Made by a program: the position numbers and the translations under genes. The notes beneath the pieces were generated by a model. The model was not told the origin of the DNA and made no database searches. It worked only from the letters and a program-made list of their open reading frames with translations. Below, one piece after another: positions 63,104-64,000 of a DNA stretch of 64,000 bases (positions are counted from its first letter, which is position 1; the number at the start of each line of letters is the position of its first letter). Location of the stretch: the NCBI GenBank assembly GCA_048128005.1, contig JBEUKZ010000096.1:248001-312000 (forward strand), given 5' to 3'. The stretch is from Veleropilina oligotropha. Its lineage: Eukaryota.

Positions 63104-64000
63104 TTGTCTATTGTTGTTACATTCCAAAACAATGATATTTTCCATGGACTGTATACATTTTTCAAGCAAGGTTACAAGTGCTCAGTAAATCCGGATAATG
63201 AAGATTTAATGGTCAGACCAGAACATTGTAATCCACAAGACAAAGTAGTGATTACAGTTTATTATTCAACAAAGCGCCTTCATATACAAGGAAAAGGATG
63301 CAAAACTTGGTGGAATGATAAAGGAAAAGACATTGTGGACATGATATGCAATATGGATGGGCTATTTGATCAAACCCTAATTACTTCCACTCCATTACAT
63401 ATAACCTGTGATAATAGCTTCACACATGCCAAGCAGATAATCAGCCCAGTCCCAAGTGTTCAAACAATTGGTGGTCAACCAAGCATATCACCTGACAAAC
63501 TGTCCGCACTCACAAGCCAGGTAGTGTTGTTACAGCAATCAGTAAATATGATTTTCAAGAGCATCTCAGCAGCCAGAAAAGTAAACATGATAACAGCAGA
63601 GAGACACTCATTAACCAATTGCAGTCACAATTAGCATCTACCCATGCAGATCTAAAACGAGCTAACCAAGAGAAAAAGGGACTTCTTTGTGAGCTGAAGC
63701 TATCAAATGAGCAAAATAATCAGCAACTACAAACAATATCAGACTTACAACAGCAATTAGCAACAAAGAGGAGACAACCTGAAAGAAATATGAAAAATAA
63801 ACATACCAACAAGAAAGCAGCAACGGAAAATCCAAATCCTCCACAAAATATCGAGCATGAAATCGAAACTTCAACAATTCATGAATCACTGGAAACTTGG
63901 ATCAATGACTCACGCACTGAATGGACCGTAAAATCTCGCAAGCGCAATTACAATCGTCAAAGTGATATTCGAAAACCCCAAAATAACAAAACTCTCATCA
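63104..64000 (+). pseudogene. Probable CR1/L2-type LINE ORF1 remnant, frameshifted and running off the window
   Basis: VITVYYSTKRLHIQGK motif; frameshift near 63580 into a coiled coil (LINQLQSQLASTHADLKRANQEK); window ends NNKTLI. Confidence 0.5.

Overview
This is AT-rich animal genomic DNA; the repeat types suggest an invertebrate, probably a mollusc (inference). The backbone is the 3' ~85% of SF3B3 (SAP130) on the minus strand: 23 GT-AG coding exons from 56492 down to the stop at 11703, totalling 1027 codons plus stop. The first ~190 codons lie beyond the right edge. One SF3B3 intron holds two tandem C/D-box snoRNAs whose conserved 11-nt guide is complementary to 28S rRNA (SNORD126-like). 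Introns and flanks are packed with often nested transposons. These include two apparently intact spliced hAT transposases with CAGGG ends and 5-bp TSDs, and a 10.8-kb Kolobok element with a truncated THAP transposase and an intact convergent KolX/P2X7-ballast-like gene. That Kolobok is the last of three TTAA elements stacked at one TTAA site. Also present are a decayed Tc1, Harbinger/piggyBac/Kolobok/MULE MITEs, a mini-Helitron, HINE-like tandem-repeat elements, tRNA-derived SINEs and a LINE ORF1 remnant. All calls come from reading the sequence; no database search was run.
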